From an uncultured Acidobacteriota bacterium (lineage in GTDB: Bacteria; Acidobacteriota; Vicinamibacteria; Vicinamibacterales; JAFNAJ01), in assembly GCA_963697285.1 (NCBI GenBank), contig CAVONI010000003.1, positions 99,693 to 163,692 of the forward strand: 64,000 nt of DNA, read 5' to 3'. The notes below the pieces were generated by a model. That model searched no databases. It worked only from the letters and a program-made list of their open reading frames with translations, and was not told the DNA's origin. This document shows positions 1 through 9,728 of this stretch, one piece after another (positions within the stretch are counted from its first letter, which is position 1; each line of letters begins with the position of its first letter). The position numbers were made by a program, and so were the translations under genes.

Positions 1-1
1 G

Positions 2-49
2 TTCGGCTGGTACATCGACGACCTGATGGTCTACCAGTGCCACCCGTAG
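2..49 (+). CDS. 3' end of a CDS that begins upstream of the window (...FGWYIDDLMVYQCHP-stop); product unknown
   Basis: Frame 2 is open from the window edge to TAG at 47-49, with GC-rich third positions. Too short to assign a family. Confidence 0.3.
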   Translation, partial: FGWYIDDLMVYQCHP

Positions 50-155
50 GCCTGCAGTGAGCGCGCCTGCCGGTCAGCGACGTCCGTGCTGCTGGTGACA
101 CACGAAGAGGGGGACGCCCGCGAGGGCGTCCCCCTCTTCGCGCCGGTGGCGTGGT

Positions 156-593
156 TCAGCGGTCGGGCGCGCCCGACGATCCGCGGTTCACCTCGAGCGT
201 CGCCACGTAATCGCCCTGCGGTATGGCCTTGCCGGCAACCGGATACGGGTCGAGACGCACGAGGCGCACCTCGTAGGTCAGGTAGCTCGCCGAGGCAGGC
301 CCCTTCGACGAGGTGTGCAGTTCGAGCGTCTCCCTCGGGCCCGGCGCCTTCTGCATCCACACGCTGACGGTGGCATCGCCTTCCCAGACGCACTGCTCGC
401 CCCTGGGACAACGCGAGTCGGCCGGGACCCCTGCAACGCCGATCTGCAGGCCCTCGCTGTCGATCCGCGCGACCTCGCCAACCCCGAGGCCGAAACTCGT
501 GCCGAGCGCAATACCCTCGGGCTGCGATGGGCTGGCGACGCTGCAGGCAAGGAGCGCGTGGATGGCCACGATCACCGAGACGGCACCTCTCAT
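156..593 (-). CDS. small lipoprotein, function unknown
   Basis: 145-aa ORF with an N-terminal signal peptide ending in the lipobox-like LLAC|S. Coding-like composition, not antisense to another recognisable gene. Confidence 0.6.
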   Translation of the reverse strand: MRGAVSVIVAIHALLACSVASPSQPEGIALGTSFGLGVGEVARIDSEGLQIGVAGVPADSRCPRGEQCVWEGDATVSVWMQKAPGPRETLELHTSSKGPASASYLTYEVRLVRLDPYPVAGKAIPQGDYVATLEVNRGSSGAPDR

Positions 594-888
594 TGCGACC
601 TCATCCTGTGTGGCGGGTTCCTGATCGATTCTAGCTCACCGCGTGGAAACGCCCGCCAGCGGAGCGTCTCGCGGAGTCGCGGCGGCGTCTCCGTCAGCGA
701 CAAGTTGCGACAACCAGCAGGACTGATCCTGCCTATACTCTCGGCTGATTTCACTCAACTGGCTCATCTTCGGCGGGGAGGTCTGCTCCTTGCGGTTGGG
801 CTGTGCCTGTCTGGGTCGACCCCCGTGCGCTGACGGCGAGGTCGATGCGTTGGTGGTTCTGCAGTCGGTGGACGAAGGAGACCGAGAG

Positions 889-3831
889 ATGAGTCGCACA
901 CGGTTGATGATTCAGGCAGCGGGGTTGGCCCTCGTGATGGCCGTCCTGGCGACGGGCACTACGTGGGCGCAGTCGTCGCAGTCGTCGAGCATGGTTGGCA
1001 AGGTGGCCGACGAGTCGGGCGGCGCGATGCCCGGCGTCACGATCACCGTGACGAGCCCGCAGCTGCAGGTCAAGCAGCTCACCGCAGTGTCGGACGCGGA
1101 CGGCAACTACCGCATCCTCGACCTGCCGCCGGGGACCTACTCGGTGCAGTTCGAACTCGAGGGATTCCAGACGGCCATCTACACCGACATCCGCCTCACG
1201 GTCGGCCTGGCCGGCCGCGTGGACGGCGTGCTCAAGGTCGGCGCGCTCTCCGAGACGGTCAGCGTCACCGGGTTGAGCCCTGTCGTCGACACGGTGAACA
1301 CCTCGGGCAACACCACGCTGGTGCAGGATCAGCTGCGCACCATCCCCATGGGCGGCACGATGCAGGAGATGCTGCCGCTCGCGGCCGGCGTCACCATGAC
1401 CGGCAAGCCTGACGTGGGCGACAGCAACCTGGCGAGCCGACAGGCCATCGTCACCTACGGTGTCGTGCTGCAGACCACGCTCGACGTCGAGGGCATCAAC
1501 ACGGTGACCGACCACGCGGCGAACACGGCCGTCTACTTCAACTCGTACTCGCTCGAGGAAGTCCAGTTCAAGACCAGTGGCAACAACGCCGACATCGCGT
1601 TCCCGGGCGTCGCCCAGGTGGCCCTGCTCAAGTCTGGCAGCAACCAGTTCCACGGCAGCGCGCGTGGCTCGTACGAGAACCCGAGTTGGCAGGGCAACAA
1701 CGTCACCGAAGAACTCGCCGCCCAAGGCATCCGCGACACGAACCCCATCACGGATCCGGGGTACTACGAGTACATCTTCGACCTCGGCGGCCGGATCATC
1801 AAGGACAAGCTGTGGTTTTACGGGTCCTACAGCAATCAGGCGGTGGACCAGGGCCAGGTCGGTTTCGTGGCGGCGCCCAACGCGGAAGGCTGCTGGTTCG
1901 TCACCTGCGGGGGCACGACTCCGGCCACCTATCACACCGATCTCCCGGGATATGCCGCGAAGGTGTCGTACCAGATGACGCCGAGCATCAAGCTGATCGG
2001 CGTGGACATGTACTCGGTGAAGCACCTGTCGCAGAACGGCGGCAGCACCCTGGTGCCGCTGCCCTCGAGCCGGTACCAGCGCCAGCCGCAACACATCTGG
2101 AAGGGCGAGATGCAGATGGCGAAGCAGCGCTGGTTCGTCAACGCGCTGTTCGGCTACGGCGGTTACCACGTGAACTACATCACGCAGCCCGCCGACCAGG
2201 TCATCGGGTACCCCGATGGCACGGACGTCCCCGGGAATCCAAGCAGCCGTGAACTCAGCAACTCGCTGCGCTACGGGCCGTCAATCAACCCGGAAGACCG
2301 TCCGCAGAACAGGCATGAGGGCAAGGCGATCGTGACCTTCGTGCCGGAAAAGCCCAAACTCGGTGGCACGCATCAGCTCAAGCTCGGCACGACCCTCGAC
2401 TGGGAGAGCGCCGGCACGAGGATTCTGGAGAACAAGAAGGCCGGCAACTACGAGCTGCAGTTCAACCGCGGCGTGCCCAGCCAGATCGTCGTCTACAACT
2501 ACCCGTTCGCCACGTCGACGAACAAGCTCGACAGCCAGGCGTTCTATCTCACCGACACCTATTCGGTGAACAACGTGACGATCAACGCCGGGGTGCGGTG
2601 GGAACGTTACGACAGCTACTACCCGGAGCAGAGCAGGGAAGCCGGGCAGTTCGCGGCCATCTTCCCGGCGGCGACCTATCCGAAGAAGGACATCCTCACA
2701 TGGATCGACTTCGTCCCTCGCTTGGGCGCCGCGTGGGACGTCACGGGCAACGGCAAGACGGTGCTGAAGGCATCGGCGGGCATCTTCGGTGACACGATGG
2801 GCGACCAGTATGCCAACGCGTTCAACCCGAACGCGCAGGCCACGAACACCTACCGTTGGTTGGGCCCGTGCGTCACGACCCCCTACAAGAACAACACGTT
2901 CCTCAACTCGAGCTGTGACGTGGACCCGGCCTTCCTGGCGGCACTCCCCTCGCTCACGCCGCTGAGCGCGACGGGCGGCGGCATCACCGAGAACAACCCG
3001 GACCTCAAGCAGAACAAGACGTACGAATACACCGTCCGCGCAGAGCGCGAGTTGATCGCCAACGTGGCGATCAGCGCCGGATGGGTCTATCACAAAGTCT
3101 CAAACCTCTACTACAACCTCCAGTACAACCGCCCGTACGAGGTGTGGATCCCGGCGACGCCCGCGACGCCGTTCCTGGATCACAACGGACAACCGGTCAC
3201 GGTCTACACCTACCCGGCGAACCTGGTCGGCGCAGCGAACAACCGCCTCCGGGCTGGCAACGCGCCAAGTGGCAACTCCGACACGTTCCACACGTTTGAA
3301 GTTGCGGCGACCAAACGTTACTCCAGCCGGTGGACTGGCAGCGCGTCGTTCTGGGCCACCAAGAGCAACGAGTGGCTCACGCAGGGCACGCTCGCCGCGG
3401 CCCTCCCGCAAAGCCCGAATGACGACCGCTTCCCGAAGGATGAAACGTGGAGCTGGGAAGCGCGTGCCAACGGGACCTACAGCTTTCCGTGGGATGTCGC
3501 CGTCACGGCGTCGTTCCGCTCGGCGTCGGGCCCCTACGGTCAGCGGACGCAGGTGTTCACTGGCGCCGCGTTGCGCCAGGGCTCGACCACGCTGCGCATG
3601 GGCGAGTACGGCGAGTTCCAGTCGCCGGCAATGCGGCTCGTCAACCTGCGCCTCAACAAGAGCATCAAGCTCCCGAGGAACATGAGGTTCGCGCTCGACT
3701 TCCAGTGCTTCAACTTGTTCAACGCCGCCGCGATCACGTCGGTGAACTACGCCACCGGCTCGCAGTTCGGCCAGGTCACCGGCATCACGTCGGCCCGGGT
3801 CTACCGCCTCGGCGGCGGCTTCACGTTCTAG
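889..3831 (+). CDS. TonB-dependent-receptor-like outer-membrane protein with N-terminal carboxypeptidase-regulatory-like domain
   Basis: ATG at 889 lies 7 nt after GAAGGAGA. Signal peptide (AVLATGTTWAQ), a CarboxypepD_reg-like segment (GKVADESGGAMPGVTITV...YRILDLPPGTYSVQFELEGF), a long beta-rich body and a C-terminal ...GGGFTF aromatic terminus typical of OM barrels. Confidence 0.85.
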   Translation: MSRTRLMIQAAGLALVMAVLATGTTWAQSSQSSSMVGKVADESGGAMPGVTITVTSPQLQVKQLTAVSDADGNYRILDLPPGTYSVQFELEGFQTAIYTDIRLTVGLAGRVDGVLKVGALSETVSVTGLSPVVDTVNTSGNTTLVQDQLRTIPMGGTMQEMLPLAAGVTMTGKPDVGDSNLASRQAIVTYGVVLQTTLDVEGINTVTDHAANTAVYFNSYSLEEVQFKTSGNNADIAFPGVAQVALLKSGSNQFHGSARGSYENPSWQGNNVTEELAAQGIRDTNPITDPGYYEYIFDLGGRIIKDKLWFYGSYSNQAVDQGQVGFVAAPNAEGCWFVTCGGTTPATYHTDLPGYAAKVSYQMTPSIKLIGVDMYSVKHLSQNGGSTLVPLPSSRYQRQPQHIWKGEMQMAKQRWFVNALFGYGGYHVNYITQPADQVIGYPDGTDVPGNPSSRELSNSLRYGPSINPEDRPQNRHEGKAIVTFVPEKPKLGGTHQLKLGTTLDWESAGTRILENKKAGNYELQFNRGVPSQIVVYNYPFATSTNKLDSQAFYLTDTYSVNNVTINAGVRWERYDSYYPEQSREAGQFAAIFPAATYPKKDILTWIDFVPRLGAAWDVTGNGKTVLKASAGIFGDTMGDQYANAFNPNAQATNTYRWLGPCVTTPYKNNTFLNSSCDVDPAFLAALPSLTPLSATGGGITENNPDLKQNKTYEYTVRAERELIANVAISAGWVYHKVSNLYYNLQYNRPYEVWIPATPATPFLDHNGQPVTVYTYPANLVGAANNRLRAGNAPSGNSDTFHTFEVAATKRYSSRWTGSASFWATKSNEWLTQGTLAAALPQSPNDDRFPKDETWSWEARANGTYSFPWDVAVTASFRSASGPYGQRTQVFTGAALRQGSTTLRMGEYGEFQSPAMRLVNLRLNKSIKLPRNMRFALDFQCFNLFNAAAITSVNYATGSQFGQVTGITSARVYRLGGGFTF

Positions 3832-3850
3832 ATCGCGTCCTTTCGCGCCG

Positions 3851-3881
3851 GCGTGGCGGGTCCCATCGGGATCCGCCACGC
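3851..3881 (+). terminator. GC-rich hairpin downstream of the receptor gene (possible terminator, no U-tract)
   Basis: gcgtggcgg (3851-3859) and ccgccacgc (3873-3881) form a 9-bp stem 20 nt after the stop codon. No T-run follows, so function is uncertain. Confidence 0.3.
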
Positions 3882-3916
3882 GGCGCGCTGACAGCACGCG
3901 GCGCGGTCGGTGACTT

Positions 3917-6900
3917 TTGCGCGACATCAACGTATCGTTGCGCGTGTCTTCGCGGCTTCCCCTGCTCTTGCTCTACGCAGCCTCCGGCGCTGCCGCCCTC
4001 GTCTACGAGGTGGCGTGGACCAGGCAACTGACACTCCTCATGGGCCACACGGTGGCCGCCGCCAGCACGGTGCTGGCCGCCGTCATGGGCGGGCTGGCCC
4101 TCGGTTCCTGGCTCGGCGCGCGCCTGGTGCGCTCGTGGTCAGGCGCCGCGCGCGGGTCACGCGCCCTCGTCACACTCGCCTCGCTCGAGATCGTCATCGC
4201 GCTCGCCGCCCTCGCCCTGCCCGTGCTGCTGTCTGCGGCAACACCCGCGCTTGCGTGGGCCTACGACGATGGCCAGGCGCCCATCCGCTTCGGGCTGACG
4301 CGCGCCCTCCTGTGCGCGCTGCTGGTTGGCGTGCCGGCCACCGCGATGGGCGCGACCTTCCCCGTGGCCGTGACCTGGTACGCGAGGGTCGCCGCCGACG
4401 CCGGCGTCCTGTACGCGGCCAACACGGCGGGCGCGGCGATCGGTGCGCTGGCGACGGGGTTCTGGCTGGTGCCGGCGCTCGGCCTGCGCGCCACGACGTG
4501 GGTGGGCGTCTCGCTCAACATCCTCGTGGCGGCCGGTGCCCGCTGGCTCGCCACGCGCCCCACCGCGCCAGAACGGTCTACTCCGCTCGCACAGGCCGGT
4601 CGCGGATCAGGCAAGGGAGCACGTGCGAAGGATGACGGCCGGCACGCCGCGCGCCGTCCCCTCGTGGATATGCCGCCCGCGCTGGCGATCGCGGCCACGG
4701 CCGCGGCGATGTCAGGATGCTGCGCGATGATCTACCAGGTGGTGTGGACGCGACTCGTCGCGCTCGTGATTGGTCCCACCACCTACGCGTTCGCAACGGT
4801 CGTCGCCGCGTTCATCGTCGGCCTCGCCGTCGGGTCGGCCGCCGGCGCGCGGGTGGCGCGACGTGCCGCGCGGCCGCTTGCGTGGCTGGGCACGACGCTG
4901 CTGCTCGGGGCCCTCGCGGCGGCAGCGTCTGGGTGGTACGCGGCCACGCAGCTCCCGCTCGTCGTGGCCCAGCAGGTGGCGTCCACCGACGCCGCGTTCG
5001 CGCCGATCGTGACGCGCCAGGTGCTCGGCGTCCTCGTGCTGCTCCTGCCGTTGGCGTGCGCGCTCGGCGCGTCGTTCTCGCTCGCTGTCGCCGCGGCCGC
5101 CGGTCGATCCGAGAGCCTGGGCGATCCCGCCGCCCGCGTGTACGTGTGGAACACCCTCGGGGCGATCGCCGGCGCGCTGGCGGGGGGCTTCGTCCTGCTG
5201 CCGTTGATGGGACTCCAGGGCAGCCTTCGCGCGGCGACGGCGCTCGGCTGGGCCGCGGCCCTGGTGGTGTGGGCGGTCGAGGCGCGACGTGCCGCAGGCC
5301 CGTCTCTCGCCCGGTTCTGGCAGACCCGCGGTGCGGCCCTGGTGTCGGGAGCAGCCGTGCTGGTGCTGCTGCCGGCGTGGGATCCCTACCTCCTCTCGGG
5401 CGGCGCCTACAAGTACGCGTCCTACATCGGCGTGGCCGACTTCCAGGAGGAACTGCACCTCTGGCGGATGCTCTACCACCGCGACGGGGCGACCGCCACC
5501 GTCAGCGTGCGGGAACTCGCCGGACAACGGTCGATGGCGATCGACGGCAAGGTCGATGCGTCGAACGTGGGCGACATGCTCACGCAGCGGCTCCTCGGCC
5601 TGCTGCCCGTCCTCCTGCACGACAAGCCCCAAGACGTGCTCGTGCTCGGCCTCGGCAGCGGCGTCACCGCCGGCGCCACGCTGGCGCCTGGCACGGTCCG
5701 CGCCGCCGACGTGGTCGAGATCTCGCCCGAGGTGGTGGCCGCCTCGCGCTTCTTCGCTCGCGAGAACGGCGACGTGCTGCAGGCGCCGGGCGTCCGCCTG
5801 CTCGTCGGCGACGGCAGGTCGCACCTGGCCTTCACGCGACGCCGGTACGACGTGATCGTGTCGGAGCCCTCGAATCCCTGGATGGCCGGCATCGCCCCGC
5901 TCTTCACGCGCGAGTTCTTCACGACCGTCCGCGATCGCCTGAAGCCCGATGGCATTGTCTGCCAGTGGGCGCACACCTACGACATCAGCCGCGACGACCT
6001 CAGGTCGATAATCCGCACCTTCGGATCGGTGTTCCCGCAATCCACCCTGTGGCTCGTGGGCGACGGCGACCTGCTGCTGATTGGCACCAATGGCGTGTCG
6101 ATCGATCGGCACGTGGACGGCCTCGCCGCACGGGTAAATCGCGGCACGACGCCGAAGTTGCTCTCGGGCGTGGGCGTGGCCGGACCGACGGCGCCGTTCG
6201 CGCTGCTGTCGCTGCTGGCAGCCGGACCTGCGCAGATGGCGCAGTACGGTGACGGTGCCGCGATCCAGACCGACGATCAGATGGACCTGGAGTACTCCGC
6301 GCCCCGCGCCATCTACGGCCGCTCGAACGACGACAACGCGTCCGAGATCCGGCAACTTGGCGGCGGCGCGACGTCGGTGCCTGCTGCGCGCCTCGCCTGG
6401 CAGCAGGCGAGCGACACCGACCTCACCGCGGCAGGAACGATGTCGCTGCAGGCCGACGGATACCGTGCCGCGTTCGTACGGTTCGAGCAGGCCGTGCGCA
6501 TGAACAGCCGCAACGCCGAGGCGCTCGCCGGCCTGTTCGATGCGGCAACGGGCGCAGGCCGACCGGATGACGCGAGGGAGGTGCTGGAACGGGTCGCGGC
6601 GGCCGAGCCGTCGAACGCCGCGGTGCGGACGGAACTCTCACGCCTGTTCGCGGCCCGGGGAGACCTGGAGCGGGCTGCGACCCTTGCTGCCGAGGCCGCA
6701 CGGCTCGCGCCGGACGATCCGCTGGCCGGCGAGCAACTGGCATCGGTGTTCGTCGATGCCGGCGATGCCGCGAGGCTCACGTCATTGTCGGCGCACCTCG
6801 TGGCACGCTTCCCGGCGCGCGACCGGCCGCTCTACTTCAAGGCGATGGCGCTGATGCTCGAGAACCTGGCGCCAGAGGCCGTGGCGACAGCGCGCGAGGT

Positions 6901-7177
6901 CGTCGCCCGTGCACCGGGCGACGTGCGCAACCAGAACCTGCTGGGCGTGGCGTGCGCGACGGTGGGCGACCGCGCCTGCGCCCAGGCGGCGTTCGAGGCG
7001 GCACTGGCTATCGAGCCGCGTGATCCCACCACGCTCGTCAACGTTGGCGTGTTCCACCTGGCGTCAGATCCGGCCAGGGCGGCCACGGCGTTCCAGACCG
7101 CGCTCACCGCCGACCGCACGTCGGTGCCCGCACGCCAGGGACTCGCCGAGGCCCGCGCAGCGCTGGCGGCGCGCTGA
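3917..7177 (+). CDS. membrane-fused spermidine-synthase-like (SAM-dependent aminopropyl/methyltransferase fold) protein with C-terminal TPR repeats
   Basis: 1086-aa ORF with a TTG start at 3917 (GTG at 3944 also possible). N-terminal polytopic region starts with the family-typical LYAASGAAALVYEVAWTR. Gly-rich SAM motif VLVLGLGSGVTAG, then IVSEPSNPWMAG, and an Ala/Leu-rich TPR-like C-terminus. Confidence 0.8.
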   Translation: MRDINVSLRVSSRLPLLLLYAASGAAALVYEVAWTRQLTLLMGHTVAAASTVLAAVMGGLALGSWLGARLVRSWSGAARGSRALVTLASLEIVIALAALALPVLLSAATPALAWAYDDGQAPIRFGLTRALLCALLVGVPATAMGATFPVAVTWYARVAADAGVLYAANTAGAAIGALATGFWLVPALGLRATTWVGVSLNILVAAGARWLATRPTAPERSTPLAQAGRGSGKGARAKDDGRHAARRPLVDMPPALAIAATAAAMSGCCAMIYQVVWTRLVALVIGPTTYAFATVVAAFIVGLAVGSAAGARVARRAARPLAWLGTTLLLGALAAAASGWYAATQLPLVVAQQVASTDAAFAPIVTRQVLGVLVLLLPLACALGASFSLAVAAAAGRSESLGDPAARVYVWNTLGAIAGALAGGFVLLPLMGLQGSLRAATALGWAAALVVWAVEARRAAGPSLARFWQTRGAALVSGAAVLVLLPAWDPYLLSGGAYKYASYIGVADFQEELHLWRMLYHRDGATATVSVRELAGQRSMAIDGKVDASNVGDMLTQRLLGLLPVLLHDKPQDVLVLGLGSGVTAGATLAPGTVRAADVVEISPEVVAASRFFARENGDVLQAPGVRLLVGDGRSHLAFTRRRYDVIVSEPSNPWMAGIAPLFTREFFTTVRDRLKPDGIVCQWAHTYDISRDDLRSIIRTFGSVFPQSTLWLVGDGDLLLIGTNGVSIDRHVDGLAARVNRGTTPKLLSGVGVAGPTAPFALLSLLAAGPAQMAQYGDGAAIQTDDQMDLEYSAPRAIYGRSNDDNASEIRQLGGGATSVPAARLAWQQASDTDLTAAGTMSLQADGYRAAFVRFEQAVRMNSRNAEALAGLFDAATGAGRPDDAREVLERVAAAEPSNAAVRTELSRLFAARGDLERAATLAAEAARLAPDDPLAGEQLASVFVDAGDAARLTSLSAHLVARFPARDRPLYFKAMALMLENLAPEAVATAREVVARAPGDVRNQNLLGVACATVGDRACAQAAFEAALAIEPRDPTTLVNVGVFHLASDPARAATAFQTALTADRTSVPARQGLAEARAALAAR

Positions 7178-7277
7178 AAAGGGGTCACATCTTTCATTGT
7201 CGCTTTTTTCAAGCTCTGACCCCGGACGCGTGGTGCCAGGTCTTGAAAAATGCGATAAAGAAAGACGTGACCCCTTT
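7177..7277. repeat. ~100-bp nested imperfect palindrome, locally AT-enriched, between convergent genes
   Basis: Outer arms aaaaggggtcacatctttc (7177-7195) and gaaagacgtgaccccttt (7260-7277). Inner arms cgcttttttcaag (7201-7213) and cttgaaaaatgcg (7242-7254). Confidence 0.5.
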
Positions 7278-7422
7278 GGTTGCGGTCATGTACCAGTGCG
7301 GGCCGGGATCGTCGGCCGCGCAGGTGTTCATGTGGAACTCGTACGGCGTCCTTCACGGGTGACGTGAAAGGAGAAGGGCCCGGACGACGACGCCCGGGCC
7401 CGGTAGCGCGATTGCAGCTGGC

Positions 7423-9691
7423 TTACTGCTGTACGGCCGCGGCCGACGGCATCGCCGCGCCCGACAGCTTGATCGGCTGGACCATCGCCCCGTTGCCGGC
7501 CGTGTCCCACACCGCGAAGCGCACCCACTTCTTGCCGGTCGTGTCGAACGGGATCGAGAAACGCTTCTTCCCGAAGGGCGGCAGGTCGGTGGCCGGAATG
7601 ACCTGCCGATCGGTCTTCTGCCCGTCGCCCCATACGACTTCCACGAACTCGAGCGGGAAGGTCCACTCCACATCGGCCGTAATCGTGCGCGCCTTGCCAG
7701 CACCCTCGACGGCGTACGACGGGATCAGCACCTCGCCCGAGGTGACGAAGTAGTCGCCGCGCTTCATGGCCTCGATGATCGTCGTCCAGTCAGACCCGTC
7801 GGGCAGCGCGTCGAGCTTCACGTAGTTGACCGGGTTGTTGGCGTAGATGTCGTCACCGTGGCCGCGCTGGTAGGTCTCGGTGATGGCCTGGATGTACTTC
7901 GGCGGCGTCGGCTGATCGGCCACCCAGTTGTTCATGTCGTCGAGCGTCGGCAGGCAGCGGTACTCGCACAGGCGGGTCTCGGACCCATCCACACCCATGC
8001 CCCAGCGGAAGCCGACGCCCCGGTAGTTCGGGTGACGGAAGTGCGCCGCGTCCTTCTCGGCCTCGGGATGGCCGGTCGATCCCTTCGAGCGCGGATGCGG
8101 CATGTACATCAGGACGTTTTCCTTCTGGACCATCTCCATCATGTCTTCCGTCGAGCCGACGTGATAGACACGCCCGAACTTCGGATGGTCCTCCACCAGC
8201 GGCTGGCCTTCCTTCCGGTCCTGCGCCCAGAAGAGCGGCTTCGACAGCAGCAGATCCATGTGGCCGCCGAGCAGGTTCGAGAAGTACTCCTCGTTGGGCA
8301 TGATCAGGAACGTCTTGTCGGAGTGCCGCCGCGCGGCCTCGTAGTAGTCTGCACGCATCTGGAGAGCTTCCGGGCCACGACCACCGTCAATCGGCCCGAA
8401 GATGTTGACGCCGGCCGCCTTCATCACGTCGAGGTCGGGCAACCGCGTGTCGAGGCTGCCCGACGCGCGCAGGCGCCGCACCATGCTCGTGTGGAAGTGG
8501 GTTGCCATCACCTGGTACCCGGGCATGGGCTTGTAGTGGTCGCCTCGCGTGAACGCAAGCGCGCCCTCGACAGCGGCACGGGCGGGAGCCGCCGTGACGT
8601 AGAAGTAGACGGGCATCCGCTGCCACGGTGCCCGGCCGCGCGCTGCGCAGCGCGAAGTTCTGCGTCACGTCCTCGGCCCCTCGACCGGCGATCTCTGGCG
8701 GTTCCTCGCCTTCGGCCTGGCGCACGCCGAACGAGTAGGTCGTCGCGTCGAGCTTGCGGTAGTAGTTGTAGCCGAGGACGTTCTCGGTCTCACGGGCCCA
8801 GAAGAAGTTGTGCGGCGGCGGGAAGGCTGCCAGCGAGCCACCCGCGGCCTCGGTGGCGATGAGGCGGTTGCCGGCCTTGACGACCACCGGCGTCTCGTTG
8901 ACCCACTTGTTGAAGCTGAAATCCTGCCACTGGTAGTCGGTGTCCTTCCACACCATCCGCGTGGTCGGCTTCACGGTGAGGCCCGTCAGCCCGGCCTCGT
9001 ACTTGTAGGCGACCGATGTCTCGGCAGTCTTCGCGACCACCTCCTGGCGGATGAGGTTCGAGCCCCTGAACACCGTGTACTGGAGGCGGCCGTCGAACAC
9101 GCCGACGTTCACGCCGGGGAACGACACCTCGATGCGTCCGCCGTTGGTCGCCACCTCGCACGCGGTGACCTTGTAGATGGCCGATGAGCGCTTCACCTCC
9201 TCGGGCTTGCGCGGCAGGCCGGGCTGGTTCGCGACGCCCTCGAGCGGCGGCGTCGATCCGCCGTGCGCCGCGTTGCCGCCGGGCACGTTCAGTGGGGCGT
9301 CCCAGAACGCCTCCCACTTGATGCGGTCGATGACCTCCTGCGTGATCTCGTACTTCAGGTCGCGCAGCGGCTTGATCTGCTGGTCGGTGGCGCGCCGGAA
9401 CCCTGACACCACACGGAAGTCGGGCGCGGCGTTCTCGGCGACCGTGACCCACTCCGCACCGGCGCGGCGCACGGCGATCTCGCGGACCATGGGCGTGCCG
9501 GACGTGACGGCGAGCCGGAGGCGAACCTGCTGATCCTTGTCACCGTCCCACGTCAACGTCAGCGTGTCGGCCTGCACCGCGGCGGTGAGCCCCGGGCTGG
9601 CCTTGTACTGCGTCAGGTTGCAGTTCAGCGGATCGGCTCCCGCCGGCACCGCCAGCAGCGTCACGACCGCCGCCATCGCCAGATATCTCAT
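7423..9691 (-). pseudogene. secreted ~755-aa protein of unknown function (paralog of 9729-11969), reading frame broken by one extra base near 8626
   Basis: The N-terminal part (9691 down to 8627, signal peptide MRYLAMAAVVTLLAVPAGADPLNC) and the C-terminal part (8625 down to 7423) align end to end with the intact neighbour. Junction: ...NFALRSARPGT|c8626|WQRMPVYFYV versus paralog ...NFALYNAPPGSWQRMAVYFYV. This could be an assembly error rather than a true pseudogene. Confidence 0.75.
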
Positions 9692-9728
9692 CGCACATCC
9701 TCCACCCAAGGTCACTGGGTCTGTTCGT

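Noticed and set aside
751-2169. Long ORFs antisense to, or out of frame with, recognisable genes (751-2169, 4712-6355, 4717-6252, 17488-19293, 29646-31331, 31861-33855, 37721-39331, 41687-43924, 54828-57980, 54916-58104, 61158-62936 and many shorter ones).
   Set aside because: Their translations are Arg/Ala/Gly/Pro/His-rich with no motifs. They lie opposite or overlapping genes that have clear family signatures. Long spurious ORFs are expected in DNA this GC-rich because stop codons are AT-rich.
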